Positions 10,754 to 23,600 are shown, counted from the first letter of the whole stretch. The stretch: DNA of 63,923 nucleotides, filler included, from Octopus bimaculoides (GCF_001194135.2; 5 parts of 5 records of this genome joined end to end with filler, not necessarily neighbours in it), one strand, 5' to 3'. Translations and numbers: made by a program. The notes: generated from the letters alone by a model not told the origin.

Positions 10754-11999
10754 AATAAAGGAAAATGGGTAGGGGTGGGTAGGTACCCTCAGCGAGGAGA
10801 TAGGGCTCTTAATTGTAGATTTTAAATATTTGAGAGACAAAAATGCATAAATCTTAATTTTTAAAAGAGCAATGAAATCTAGGTGAATAGAATATATACG
10901 TAGCATGAATTTAGGAAGCTTAGAAAATGAATAAGTATGAATTTAAGACAAAAACTGAATTCAATTGAATTTCATGGAGAGAAACAAGATAAATAATAGA
11001 GGGCAGACTAAAGCGCGAAAGGTATGAGATGTTTGAGGCCGTAAATAAATAAAAATCTCTATCTTATCTGCATCTTGGAGACTATATATATATATACAAA
11101 TATAATTTGCGTCTTTTCTGAGAGATATAATTAATTTATTGTAACCAGATTCTTGTTCAATGTCATACAATTTGAAGTCATCATTAAGCATTTCTGTAAA
11201 TAAATACTGTGTTCGAGTGTTTTCTAACCATTAGAAATATTTTTATTTACACATTTCATTACTATTTCTATACATCATGATCCTTTAATTACACCGATAA
11301 AATCATTTTTATAATTTCTCATCTTTGTAAATAATACGAACTCAAAATTTTTTGTTGGGAACTGCACAAATGATCATAAATGTTAATGTAATGGATATCT
11401 CTAAGACATTAATCACTTGACAAATTATTATCCTCAATAATACAATTACTTTGCCGATAAAAAATTTTTCAAGATTAATTTTAATCTGAGAAGGCAATAT
11501 AAAGGCGGTTTCTTTAAATACATTTAATGAAACAAAGTAAAATGTTGACAATTATTTCTAGGTAGATCAAATGAAATCAATTCAGTAATGTTCTGCTGTA
11601 TATATAAAAAATATAAGAGTCCTTTAATGGAATCGTTTATATCGTAAAGCCTATATAATGTCGCACATATAATTGCCTTCTATCGATTACAGAATCAAAT
11701 AAAGTGTCACAATACCCATCTTGTTCTCTCTAGGTTATACGGTATATTATGAGTTCTGCATATGCTATATAGAACCTCGTACACTTTTAATTGTTCGTGC
11801 CATCGGACCGCACATATCTATTTAAATAAAATATATGTTTGACTTTTCCGGTGTTTCAGGTCTTTGGGTCAGCCATGAATATATAGCACAACAATCAAAG
11901 GATTGTTCTCATAATCATTACTTTTAATATCTTCTTTAGCTCATTACCTGTCTAATGCTATATTACGAAATCATAATTGTCTTTCTCTTCTCAATTTTC

Positions 12000-12085
12000 A
12001 AAATGTGCAAGTGTTTCATAGCTCCAAGTTGACCGACGGATTGTGAATGAATTTGTGGAAGGAAACACTGCGTAAATACGTCCTA
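12000..12085 (+). mobile_element. Old SINE group 1-like fragment
   Basis: catagctccaagttgaccgacggattgtgaatgaatttgtggaaggaaac aligns loosely to tatagcctcgggccgaccaaagccttgtgagtggatttggtagacggaaac of group 1. Confidence 0.4.
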
Positions 12086-12132
12086 TACATACAACATACA
12101 TATTTTCAAACATACATACATACATGCATACA

Positions 12133-12506
12133 TGTTTGGGATAGAGAAGAGAAACTGCACTGTTCTGGAAATTAGCTTCCCAGTGGATGTCAACAAAAAG
12201 ATGAAGACCAGTGGAAAAGATGCTGAACTATTGAGAAATATGCAGTTACTCAATCCAGATTACAAGTTCAGGTTTATACCTATAATTATTGGGGACCTGG
12301 GATATGTTACACACTGCCTAAATACCAATCTTCAGAAATTAAGCTCCTCAAAATCAGAAAAGAGAAAGCTAACTCGAAGATTGCAGATCCAATCCATCAC
12401 TCGGACTCTAAAAATCAGTAAAACTGTCCAGAAGACTATCATTCAAATATATATGAACATGTCTAGATATGTAGCTATATGCATGAGAATGCGTACATAA
12501 AGCATA
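12133..12506 (+). mobile_element. 5'-truncated RLE LINE 3' end within (CATA)n
   Basis: WDREEK/NCTVLEISFPVDVN...ELLRNMQLLNPDYKFRFIPIIIGDLG...RRLQIQSITRTLKISKT; CATA repeats at about 12086-12132 and 12505-12550. Confidence 0.85.
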
Positions 12507-12826
12507 CAAATCTGTACATACATACATACATACATACATACATACATACGTACACGTGTGCGCGTGTGCGTGTATGTGTGTGTGTGTGTGTGAGTGTGAG
12601 TGTGTGGATATACAAAATGTGACCCAGTGGTCAGGATGTTGCATTCATGATCAGAAGATTGCTGTTTCAATTGCATCTGAAACAGGTTAACTAGTCTTAT
12701 CAGTCGTGAGTTGTATCTAAGTTTATATGTATGTGTGTGTGTGTGTGTGCGTGTGTGTGTGTGTGTGTGTATGTGCGTGCGCGTTTATGTGTGTGTGCGC
12801 GCGTGTGTGTGTATAGGTATGTATGT

Positions 12827-12982
12827 ATACGACGAGCTTCTTTCCGTTTCCGTCTACCAGATTCACTCACAAGACTCTAGACGGCCCGAGGCTATAGTAG
12901 AAGACGCTCACCCAATGTGCCACGCAGTGGGACTGAACCAGAAACCTTGTAGTTGGTATGCAAGCTACTTAACACACAGCCC
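12827..12982 (-). mobile_element. SINE group 1, head and core
   Basis: Matches 1550-1705 (gaggctatagtagaagac...ccacgcagtgggactgaac). Confidence 0.8.
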
Positions 12983-13039
12983 TTCCACTGACTATGCGTG
13001 TAAATAGTTATACATTCATACAGGCTGTATGGTACATCA

Positions 13040-14120
13040 GAAATATTTATCGGAAAAGAAAAGTTGTGTTTCAGGAAAGTATTTCTAACGACAGAGACAA
13101 TCGCTGTTATGAGAACTTTAAGGGAGAGGAATATTTCTTATGAACAGGAGGTCCTTAGCTGCTTTCGAATTGGGTGATTGTAAGAAGAAATATGAGTTTC
13201 CGCAAAAGTCTGACAGTCGATTAGATAGATAAGCGCCTGATCACGACACCATACCTGGGCCATGCAGAAACCATAAATATAGTTCATGGAATGGCTGGAC
13301 CCTGCAGCATCGGAATAGGAGTTAGACAAGAATGCTTACGTTCCCTCTTTTTCTTCAGCGTGTATGCCAATGCAACGATCAAATAGATGATAGTGGAGTT
13401 GATAGAAGCGGAGTAGTGTCATTAACATATGATACGCGGTAAGAGATTTGTAGACAAACAAGCAATGACAGGACACGCACAGAGAGGCAAGCAGCCTTTC
13501 AAGGCAAGTCTGACTGAAGTAGGTCAGAGATAGAAGATGCGAAATAAACCGAAGAAGACCAACACGATGAAAATTGAAAATTGGAAAGATTAGAGAAGAG
13601 AATCTACAAATGAACATCGACAAAAACCAACCAGAGCCGATTCAACAATTTAAATAGCACAGAAACTTGGGAGAAGTGAGAGGTAGATCAGAGCAAGAAT
13701 CTCCGTGACCAAAACTGAATTCAACAAACATGAAACACTGATCAGAACCGTAAACTAAAGGAGCGGGTTAAAATCCTATACGGTTTGTGTTCCTCTATGG
13801 ATAAAAAACATGGACTATAAAGAAGGCCGGTTCTAGGAGGCTAAAGAATTTAAAATATGGTTCTGGAGGTCAATGGAGAAACTCCGCTGAACAGACTATG
13901 TGAGCAGTGAAGATATACTTTGGCGATTTCGGGAAAAGTGATGTGTAATGGATACCTTCTGGAGAAGAAAGACATAATGGATAGGAAATATAATGAGGTT
14001 AGTGGGGCATCTACACACAGTGACTGAGACCAGAATACAGAGAAGACCGAGGGTAGATGGTGAGCAATGATGATGGTTGATATTAGGCAGACGAATTTAT
14101 ACAGGGACATTGGGTTGGGT
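13040..14120 (+). mobile_element. Highly degenerate RTE-type LINE RT fragment
   Basis: GVRQEC at 13318-13335 (cf. GVRQGC), RFVDKQAM at about 13444 (cf. RFADDQAM), later TWTIKK-like and WFWRSME-like pieces; many stops and frameshifts. Confidence 0.65.
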
Positions 14121-15235
14121 GTTTAGAATGCATCTACTACTAAAAGAAATTTTTGAAAAATTACAAATTTATGAAAATATCATAAAGGCATTAGCAATTA
14201 ATTTTCAATGTTAAATGAAAGACGAAATAAAGTTATTTTTATTTTATTTTTAACTAGAAAACAAAAATTAAATTCTTGAAAATTCAATATTACTTCAATA
14301 AATTTGCAAAAAGCTTTTAAAATACTGAAATTCGTTGAAAGACACACGGTGCATCTTCAACTCCAAATCCATTTCTTCTATACTCCCACATGCGTGGTAG
14401 TAAACTGCTTTTCTTTTACTCACAACCACTTGCGCGCGCATAGAGAAGCAAAGAAACGCATATGTGTGTGTGTGTGTATATATATAGATNNNNNNNNNNN
14501 NNNNNNNNNNNNNNNNNNNNNNNNNNNNNNNNNNNNNNNNNNNNNNNNNNNNNNNNNNNNNNNNNNNNNNNNNNNNNNNNNNNNNNNNNNNNNNNNNNNN
14601 NNNNNNNNNNNNNNNNNNNNNNNNNNNNNNNNNNNNNNNNNNNNNNNNNNNNNNNNNNNNNNNNNNNNNNNNNNNNNNNNNNNNNNNNNNNNNNNNNNNN
14701 NNNNNNNNNNNNNNNNNNNNNNNNNNNNNNNNNNNNNNNNNNNNNNNNNNNNNNNNATATATATATATATACAGGTGTGTGCATAGAAGCACACTCTAAA
14801 ATTTACAGCAGTAATGTATTTACATGAAGTTAAATATATTTCCCTCATAGAGTGACCAATCTTTTGCACCCATAAAGTGCTTGGCTTTAAAGACTCGTTA
14901 GATTCCAATGGCCGAGGGTATTTAACCTTTTCTCAAACTGAAGGAAGAAAACCGTTACTATCAATTAATGTGCAAGCAAAAGAATAATACACACTATTTG
15001 AGCCTGAAACACGACGAGTTATCACACTTAGATCCGTCCGGTTGACAGATCGTATGGGACCTAAAGGTCGAACAGGGAATCTTGCGTTCCGTAAATACTT
15101 TTTACACAGCACTGATATTGAATCCTACACCTGCTGCATGTAACGTCTGAAATGAGGACAGGAGCTATAAATCTTGTATCTTGAGTTTGTGGGAGCTCTA
15201 ACGAGATTTTAAGGATACTTGCTCGTTCTGCTATA

Positions 15236-15310
15236 TAGGTCCCACGCAGTGGAACTGAAGCTGGAATCATGGTTTGGGAAGTCAGCTTTTTACCAAGCAC
15301 CCATATCTGC
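15236..15310 (-). mobile_element. Degenerate SINE group 1 head
   Basis: cccacgcagtggaactgaagctggaatcatggtttgggaag resembles ccacgcagtggggactgaactcagaatcatgtggttgggaag at about 1641-1685. Confidence 0.55.
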
Positions 15311-15327
15311 ATGTGTGATATAATTTT

Positions 15328-15772
15328 TTCTTTATTGTCCATAGGGGGCTAACTTAGAGGCGACAATCAAGGACAGCCAGAGAGATTAAACCGATTATAT
15401 TGACCCCAGTGCGTAACTGATACAATTTAATCGACCCCGACATGATGAAAATCAAAGTCGACCACAGCGGAATTTGAACTCAGAACGTAACAGGAAACGA
15501 AATACCGTTAAGTACTTCGCCCGGCGTGCTAACGTTTCTTATTTCTTTATTGCCCACAAGGTGCTAAACATAGAGGGCACAAACAAGGATAGACACATGG
15601 ATTAAGTCGATTATATCGACGCCAATGCGTAACTGGTACTTATATAATCGACCCCGAAAGGATGAAAGACAAAGTCGACTTCGGTGGAATTTGAATTCAG
15701 AACGTAACGGCAGACGAAATACTGCCAAGCATTTCGCCCAGCGTGCTAACGTTTCTACCAGCTCACCGCCTT
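15328..15772 (-). mobile_element. Tandem pair of SINE group 3 variants with an alternative 3' tail
   Basis: Two copies (about 15328-15540 and 15541-15772) share the group 3 head and core but end in ...gggcaataaagaaat instead of ...tagtagaaaggatt. Confidence 0.85.
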
Positions 15773-16453
15773 TGCCTTTGTGATATGTTATACTTCTGAT
15801 TTCACCCTGCCACTAATATAGGTACATTTTCTACTTTGTGTGTGAGCACGTACAAACGTGAGGCGGATTCCGTGTGTTCAATGGACTAAAGGTCACGAGG
15901 TTTTAGGGAATATTGCAGTCAGTTTGGCAAAACTTAGGGTTTCAGGATTTGCACCAACTGCAAGATTATAATTGCAATATTATATTATAACCATATCATA
16001 ATGTTTGTGTGAAAATATGTATATATCTGTGTGAGTGTGTGTGTGTCTGATTGTCTGTGTCTGTGACTACGTGCGTGTGTCCTGGCTTGTTCTCATGCCA
16101 ACCAGGTTTCTGTGTCCGTGTATGTATGTCAGAAATCGCTTTTCCCACCATTCCTCTTTGCGATTATTTCTCTACCATAAACATTTCTACCAACTCACAT
16201 TCTTTCAGCGAAGCATGAACAATAAGACTAGATCTGCAATCTTCACCATCACTAATAAACCCACTCAATTCCTGTAGCTGACATGTCCACTTATCTATTT
16301 AATATTTACCAGTACTTATACTTCCTTTCACCTCACCATTATACTTATAGTGTCCCAGTATCATCACCATTATCTATTCCGTGTATACATCAGGCTTTGT
16401 AATTACCAAACTCTATCACTTACCCATTCATTTATTCTTGGCGTATGTATATA

Positions 16454-17563
16454 CAGGGATTGGACAAAATAATGGAAACACCTATCATCATAGAATCAAA
16501 ATTTTGAAATATCTATAAAACCATCAAAAGCTTGTTTATCTTTATGTTTTATTTTGTTTTGTTATTTTCATTTATTATTAGTGTTGCTTAATATGCTTTG
16601 TAAAAATTGCTGTTTCTTTTCAGATATCACCAGAAAAACATAATAAAAATTCATTAAAATAACAGATCTATCGAACTTTCAAAGAGGTCAAATTGCTGGT
16701 GCTCATATGGAAGGCGCTAGCGTAACGAAAACAGCCGAAATGTTTGGTGTATCAAGAAGTACTGTCTGGAAGGTAATGACAGCATTTGAGAAAGAGGGAA
16801 AAACTCATCATCGAAACAAAACTCCCGAAGAAAACCAATACTTTCAGATAGGGACCGTCGGACTCTTACGCTAATTGTTAGAAAGGATCACAAAAATACA
16901 GCTCTGAAAATTACTGTAGAGCTTAATGACCACCTCGGGAACCTAGTTTTCACAAAAGCTGTTCGTCGGGAGCTGCACAAAGTCGGATTTCACGGGATGG
17001 CTGCAATCAGAAAACCACTACTTTCAAAACAAATGTTGCAAAGCGTTTAGAGTGGATTGAAAACCTACAGAATTGGACCCTAGAGCAGTGGAAGAATGTT
17101 ATTTTCTAGGACGAGTCATCCTTTACCTTACTTCCGACCGCTGGCCGGGTATACTTGTGGAGACAGCCAAAATAAGTATTTGACCTAAACTTCCAACTGT
17201 TAAACATGGAGGATTATCTATGATGATGAGGGGGCCTATATCTTGAATGACACGAAGAACATTCTGGTGAAGTTGAACATCTTATCTGGCCACCACAGTC
17301 CCCAGATCTCAATATCATTGAACATTTATGGTGCATTTTAGAAAAACAAGTATGGAGTCGATATCTTCCACCATCGTTACCACAAGAACTGGAGACTGTT
17401 TTAGCTGAAGAATTGACATAAATTCCTTTGGAAACAATCGAAACTATGTACGTGTCCATACCTGGTAGAATTCAAGCTGTAATTACTGCAAAAGGCAGTC
17501 CTACTCCATATTAAAATTAATGTGTTTGAGTTTTTAAGGTGTTTCCATTATTTTGTCCAGCCC

Positions 17564-17566
<3 letters not shown>
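16454..17566 (+). mobile_element. Tc1-like DNA transposon, both TIRs, defective transposase with internal deletion
   Basis: 30-bp TIRs at 16454-16483 and 17537-17566 (28/30 match), flanked by TA. Encodes DLSNFQRGQIAGAH...FGVSRSTV, RKPLLS, WKNVIF*DES, TVKHGG and WPPQSPDLNIIEHLW. Confidence 0.95.
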
Positions 17567-17603
<37 letters not shown>

Positions 17604-18340
17604 NNNNNNNNNNNNNNNNNNNNNNNNNNNNNNNNNNNNNNNNNNNNNNNNNNNNNNNNNNNNNNNNNNNNNNNNNNNNNNNNNNNNNNNNNNNNNNNNN
17701 NNNNNNNNNNNNNNNNNNNNNNNNNNNNNNNNNNNNNNNNNNNNNNNNNNNNNNNNNNNNNNNNNNNNNNNNNNNNNNNNNNNNNNNNNNNNNNNNNNNN
17801 NNNNNNNNNNNNNNNNNNNNNNNNNNNNNNNNNNNNNNNNNNNNNNNNNNNNNNNNNNNNNNNNNNNNNNNNNNNNNNNNNNNNNNNNNNNNNNNNNNNN
17901 NNNNNNNNNNNNNNNNNNNNNNNNNNNNNNNNNNNNNNNNNNNNNNNNNNNNNNNNNNNNNNNNNNNNNNNNNNNNNNNNNNNNNNNNNNNNNNNNNNNN
18001 NNNNNNNNNNNNNNNNNNNNNNNNNNNNNNNNNNNNNNNNNNNNNNNNNNNNNNNNNNNNNNNNNNNNNNNNNNNNNNNNNNNNNNNNNNNNNNNNNNNN
18101 NNNNNNNNNNNNNNNNNNNNNNNNNNNNNNNNNNNNNNNNNNNNNNNNNNNNNNNNNNNNNNNNNNNNNNNNNNNNNNNNNNNNNNNNNNNNNNNNNNNN
18201 NNNNNNNNNNNNNNNNNNNNNNNNNNNNNNNNNNNNNNNNNNNNNNNNNNNNNNNNNNNNNNNNNNNNNNNNNNNNNNNNNNNNNNNNNNNNNNNNNNNN
18301 NNNNNNNNNNNNNNNNNNNNNNNNNNNNNNNNNNNNNNNN

Positions 18341-18387
<47 letters not shown>

Positions 18388-18439
18388 CTCCGGCCAGTCA
18401 GTAGCCAAAGAAACAGATTTCAACTCAAACCAGCAGTAA

Positions 18440-19070
18440 CATTCCTTGTTTAGATTTTTCTACTTTCGCTTCTGACAGCTAATACCATGACGGTGCCTAT
18501 ATTTTATGGATAGAGACTTACAGCTGTTTCTGGGACGATCCAAAACTTCTCTTCATCGGAGACAGAAATAGTAAAGGAATCGATTATTATATCCATAGGC
18601 GGAGAGTTATAGTATGAAGTGAGAGTGAGTGTGATGCGCTGAAAAAAGAAAGAAAGAAAGAACAGTACTTGGAGTGTAGTTTCATTCCAGTAGTAAGCAT
18701 CCGTGTAAAGAAATCCTTGTGGGAATTTTCCGGAAATAGTTGCTGCAGCAAAGGCTCAAATAGCAGAGGTGGATATATGCCATATTGTGTCCGAGGTATA
18801 TTGCTTGTGTTTACTTGAAGGATGTCCCAAGTCAAGTGAGAGATGTGTGTAGGGTAAATAGGTCAAGTCTTAAAGACAGAATGGGAAGGGGATAGAGGAA
18901 TGATTCCGGTGGGGAATGGTAGTGGTATATATTTTGTGGTCAGTTAATCTGACTGGACAGAGAGGAAGAGTATTGTGAGGGAAGGAGGAAGGGGGGTGAG
19001 GTTAAATGATTTAGTGACGAAGAAGGAATGCGCAGAGGTAGTATATAGGTGGTGGGGGTATGGGTGACAA
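18440..19070 (-). mobile_element. Penelope-like terminal repeat remnant with decayed hammerhead core
   Basis: Minus strand tgtctCCGATGA...GAAACAGCTGTAagtc at 18513-18565, preceded by a C/T-rich region; boundaries uncertain. Confidence 0.45.
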
Positions 19071-19150
19071 ACAAAGGACAGTAATAAAGGAAAAGAGGAG
19101 TGAGATAGTAGTATCATATTCTAAAATATGGCTAAACCTAATTTACAGAC

Positions 19151-19185
<35 letters not shown>

Positions 19186-20797
19186 CACAAAACAACACAG
19201 AACATATATCTACTGTACACAAACGCACCTGTATTTTATACTTAGTTAATTTTTTAACGAAACGAACACCCCTCATTTTTTAGCCACTGATAATACATTC
19301 GACAAAAATAAAGCATACTCTATTTATTTATATAAAACTGATGCATATATAAACAGTTATTGCATCAACTGGAACAAAGAACTTGCGGTGAAAAAGAATC
19401 GTAGTCAAATTTTGAAGTCTAATTTCTGACATACAGCATAATGTTGACATAAAAGAATTTAAGTTTAGGTACATATCTAAACTGAAATTGTTTTGCTCCC
19501 ACACCGAAAGGAAAAAAAATAAAGTTTAGATTTTTATATTTAAATGTTTACGCATGGATCAGTGCACTTATTCATGTTGTGCATAAATGCGCATGGTTTT
19601 CCACATTTATGAATGGGTGCATGATAAATTGCCGGAAATAAACTTTAATGAGAAACAGATATGTATAAAAGAACTTTGAATAACAGTTTTTAATTCGTAT
19701 ATGTAATGAATATTTGTTTTGAGATATATCTTTATGGCAAAATATTTACCGATATATGCCTATATTTTACTATTTATAAACTAAATGCCCTTTATTTTAG
19801 TTTTTATCAGTATTTGTATTTTAAAATTCTATAGCATTTCATTAAAACAAAATATTGCTATTTATTGTGCAGAGAAATACTTGAAAACACAAATTTCAGT
19901 TAATGTTTGTTTATATATAACATAATGAAAAGAGTTGTATTATTTATTTGCATCATAATATTTGATGCAAGCAATTGCTTCCAATTAAAAGCTAAAATTT
20001 ATCATTCATTATTAGAAGTGTAAATATTATATGATGGTAAATAAACAATAAACACCCTTTCCATTTGATTTGATTTTAATATTATATTCGTCCATAAAAA
20101 TATTCCATTTTCCTTCATATATGAATTCTGTAACTTCGTCACAATGAATTATTAATATCCAATTCGTTGTTCTAAATTGGTTTTACAGTAATTAGTTTAA
20201 TTACATACATTTTGATAAGGTGTATGTACAAATGTTTGTAAACTTGCTTTGAGAGGCATTCGAGAAATAATTCATATTCAATTTTAATGTCCACATATGT
20301 AACATATAGTAATGTGCTAGTGTGCACAATCTCAAAACGCTAGACTGTCATTGATAATTCAATGGGAATAATGAATTATAGGATGCAAAATAGATTACAC
20401 ACATGAAGGAAACTATCTTCTTTCAGAACAGTGGCCTGCGCTAAAAATTATTAGATGTAAAATTAATTTCAATTTTTGAAAATTGTAGTGCAAAACATAA
20501 AATTTAGCACCATATATTGGCTGCTATATACAAAGGAACTTTCAAAACTGATACTATTTTGCATGAGTATCATTTTGCATTACAGACAAATTTTTAAAAT
20601 ATGCAGCCCATATTATGATATATAATCGAGGATAAATATGTTATTTGATTCTGTAACTGTATTAACAATGGTAAATGTCTCTCATGATTTGGTGAACTGT
20701 AGGTATTATTACAAATTCTTTATTATAGGATATAGAACTAAAAATACAAATTTATATTCCTGATTTCTCATTCTAGCTGTATCATAAACGTTAGCTG

Positions 20798-20841
<44 letters not shown>

Positions 20842-22021
20842 GGTGTGTGTGTGCGTGTGTGCGTGTGTGTGTGAGTGTGTGTGTCCGTGTGTGTGTGTGT
20901 GTTTATATATATATATATATGTACATATACAGCTAACAAAACATGGAAAAAGAATTTTGTTTCGAACACCGAAAGAAACGAATAGAGAAAAGAAACATGC
21001 TACATAAAGAACCATCCCTTCATCAGTTGTCCTTTCAAAGCTCGTTTCTCCAGCGTTCACCACTTCAACTCGTTATGGCTTANNNNNNNNNNNNNNNNNN
21101 NNNNNNNNNNNNNNNNNNNNNNNNNNNNNNNNNNNNNNNNNNNNNNNNNNNNNNNNNNNNNNNNNNNNNNNNNNNNNNNNNNNNNNNNNNNNNNNNNNNN
21201 NNNNNNNNNNNNNNNNNNNNNNNNNNNNNNNNNNNNNNNNNNNNNNNNNNNNNNNNNNNNNNNNNNNNNNNNNNNNNNNNNNNNNNNNNNNNNNNNNNNN
21301 NNNNNNNNNNNNNNNNNNNNNNNNNNNNNNNNNNNNNNNNNNNNNNNNNNNNNNNNNNNNNNNNNNNNNNNNNNNNNNNNNNNNNNNNNNNNNNNNNNNN
21401 NNNNNNNNNNNNNNNNNNNNNNNNNNNNNNNNNNNNNNNNNNNNNNNNNNNNNNNNNNNNNNNNNNNNNNNNNNNNNNNNNNNNNNNNNNNNNNNNNNNN
21501 NNNNNNNNNNNNNNNNNNNNNNNNNNNNNNNNNNNNNNNNNNNNNNNNNNNNNNNNNNNNNNNNNNNNNNNNNNNNNNNNNNNNNNNNNNNNNNNNNNNN
21601 NNNNNNNNNNNNNNNNNNNNNNNNNNNNNNNNNNNNNNNNNNNNNNNNNNNNNNNNNNNNNNNNNNNNNNNNNNNNNNNNNNNNNNNNNNNNNNNNNNNN
21701 NNNNNNNNNNNNNNNNNNNNNNNNNNNNNNNNNNNNNNNNNNNNNNNNNNNNNNNNNNNNNNNNNNNNNNNNNNNNNNNNNNNNNNNNNNNNNNNNNNNN
21801 NNNNNNNNNNNNNNNNNNNNNNNNNNNNNNNNNNNNNNNNNNNNNNNNNNNNNNNNNNNNNNNNNNNNNNNNNNNNNNNNNNNNNNNNNNNNNNNNNNNN
21901 NNNNNNNNNNNNCTGACATAATTTAAATATATACTTTAACCATGTAACACAAGCCTTCTGTAGTTTTTTCACTCTTATTATCTTTTATACATCCAAGCAC
22001 GTGCTTTCACATACCAACTTT

Positions 22022-22096
<75 letters not shown>

Positions 22097-22462
22097 GTAT
22101 GTATCAGCGAAAATGCTTCTTCTAAAGTAGGTCGAAACGCTCAACGCAGTGACTGCTAACAAGTAACGTTAGTAGTCACTTCAACATGGCTGTCCATTCG
22201 CACGGACTTTACTGTGAGTTTTTAACCCCAAGAGCACATCTCCTCTCCTTGTTAACATTGCACGGCTGCATCCAAGATATTGAGAGCAGCGGAGTGAAGC
22301 ACTACCACTATCTAACGACGGGACTTGCTTACCAGCCTAGATCGGGTTATTTCTGCCGGTCTTCAATACAGGACACCTCGTCTGCGGCAGATGACAGTAG
22401 CTCGCTTCTGCTCACAATATATATAATTTCAACCGACGAATGTATGTAAATATGTTAGTATG

Positions 22463-22520
<58 letters not shown>

Positions 22521-23469
22521 TGTATACACACTTGCATGCATTTATTCTGTTTGTAGCAATGTGTGTGATCACTATTCGGTAAGAGCACCAATGTGTAAAT
22601 ATCTATTTATATTTCTTTACTGTTCTTTATTTACTATTACGTCCTGTTTTGTACTATGCTGTTCAATGTTTTTGAGTTGTCTTTTTGTTCTTCAGCTCTT
22701 GCATTCATTCTACTTATTTTTCTAAATATATGTTCTAAACTTTGAACAGAAACGCAACAAAAAACAAATCGAAAAGACGGACTTGGGCTAATTCTTCTTC
22801 AGTTATCGTCCACAATATCATTACAGCTAAACGCGTTTAACATTAATAGTGTTCACTTTTGCTTGCATCCGCGGCGTCAACGTGCTGAGAATAGCAAACA
22901 AGCAGGTGATAGTGACAAAGAAAAACACGTCTAAATGTGGACATATAAAGAAACGAAAAGAAATAAAAGGTCTTATACAAACAAAATAAGACCTTGCAGC
23001 TCTAATAAGCGACGGGTATATGGCTAACGCGAAGAATATGTCCAATAAGGTTGGGAAAGAAGAAAAGTGTAATGGTAGTAGTATCTAATGAATAATTTAT
23101 TTTTGAAAATTCACCCGAGGAGGTGCATTCTACACGCCGATTCGCTAATACTGATTGCACAAAATACCACCAGTGTACCACCAGTACATAAATGTGTCGA
23201 AACAATTGTAGTGATTTTAAATGAACAATATCGTCCCTTTCATTTTCTATTCTTTACAAATGTGTATGAACACTAGATATAATACGGAATTGGTGATGTA
23301 TATGCAATAGCAGGAGTATTTACACTGCTTGATGACGTCAGGTAGGCAAAAACTGTGGATGACTTTTGCATACCATTCTATAAGATTGTACCTCAATCTT
23401 ATTTAACTATATATATGGATGTATGTATGCATATATATATATATATACATGTACAAACATCACACCCAT

Positions 23470-23558
23470 ATAGATAGATAGATACATACATACACACATA
23501 CATATATAGATACATACACACATACATACATACATGCATACATACATACATACATACA

Positions 23559-23589
<31 letters not shown>

Positions 23590-23600
23590 GCATATACATA
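23470..23600. repeat. (GATA)n/(CATA)n microsatellite
   Basis: Direct reading. Confidence 0.9.

Noticed and set aside
14900-15230. Possible second Penelope-type terminal fragment
   Set aside because: Only a vague resemblance; no second copy or diagnostic motif in this window.
21036-21060. aagctcgtttctccag, resembling miR-993-3p as I recall it
   Set aside because: The 3' end diverges and there is no complementary 5p arm or hairpin upstream.
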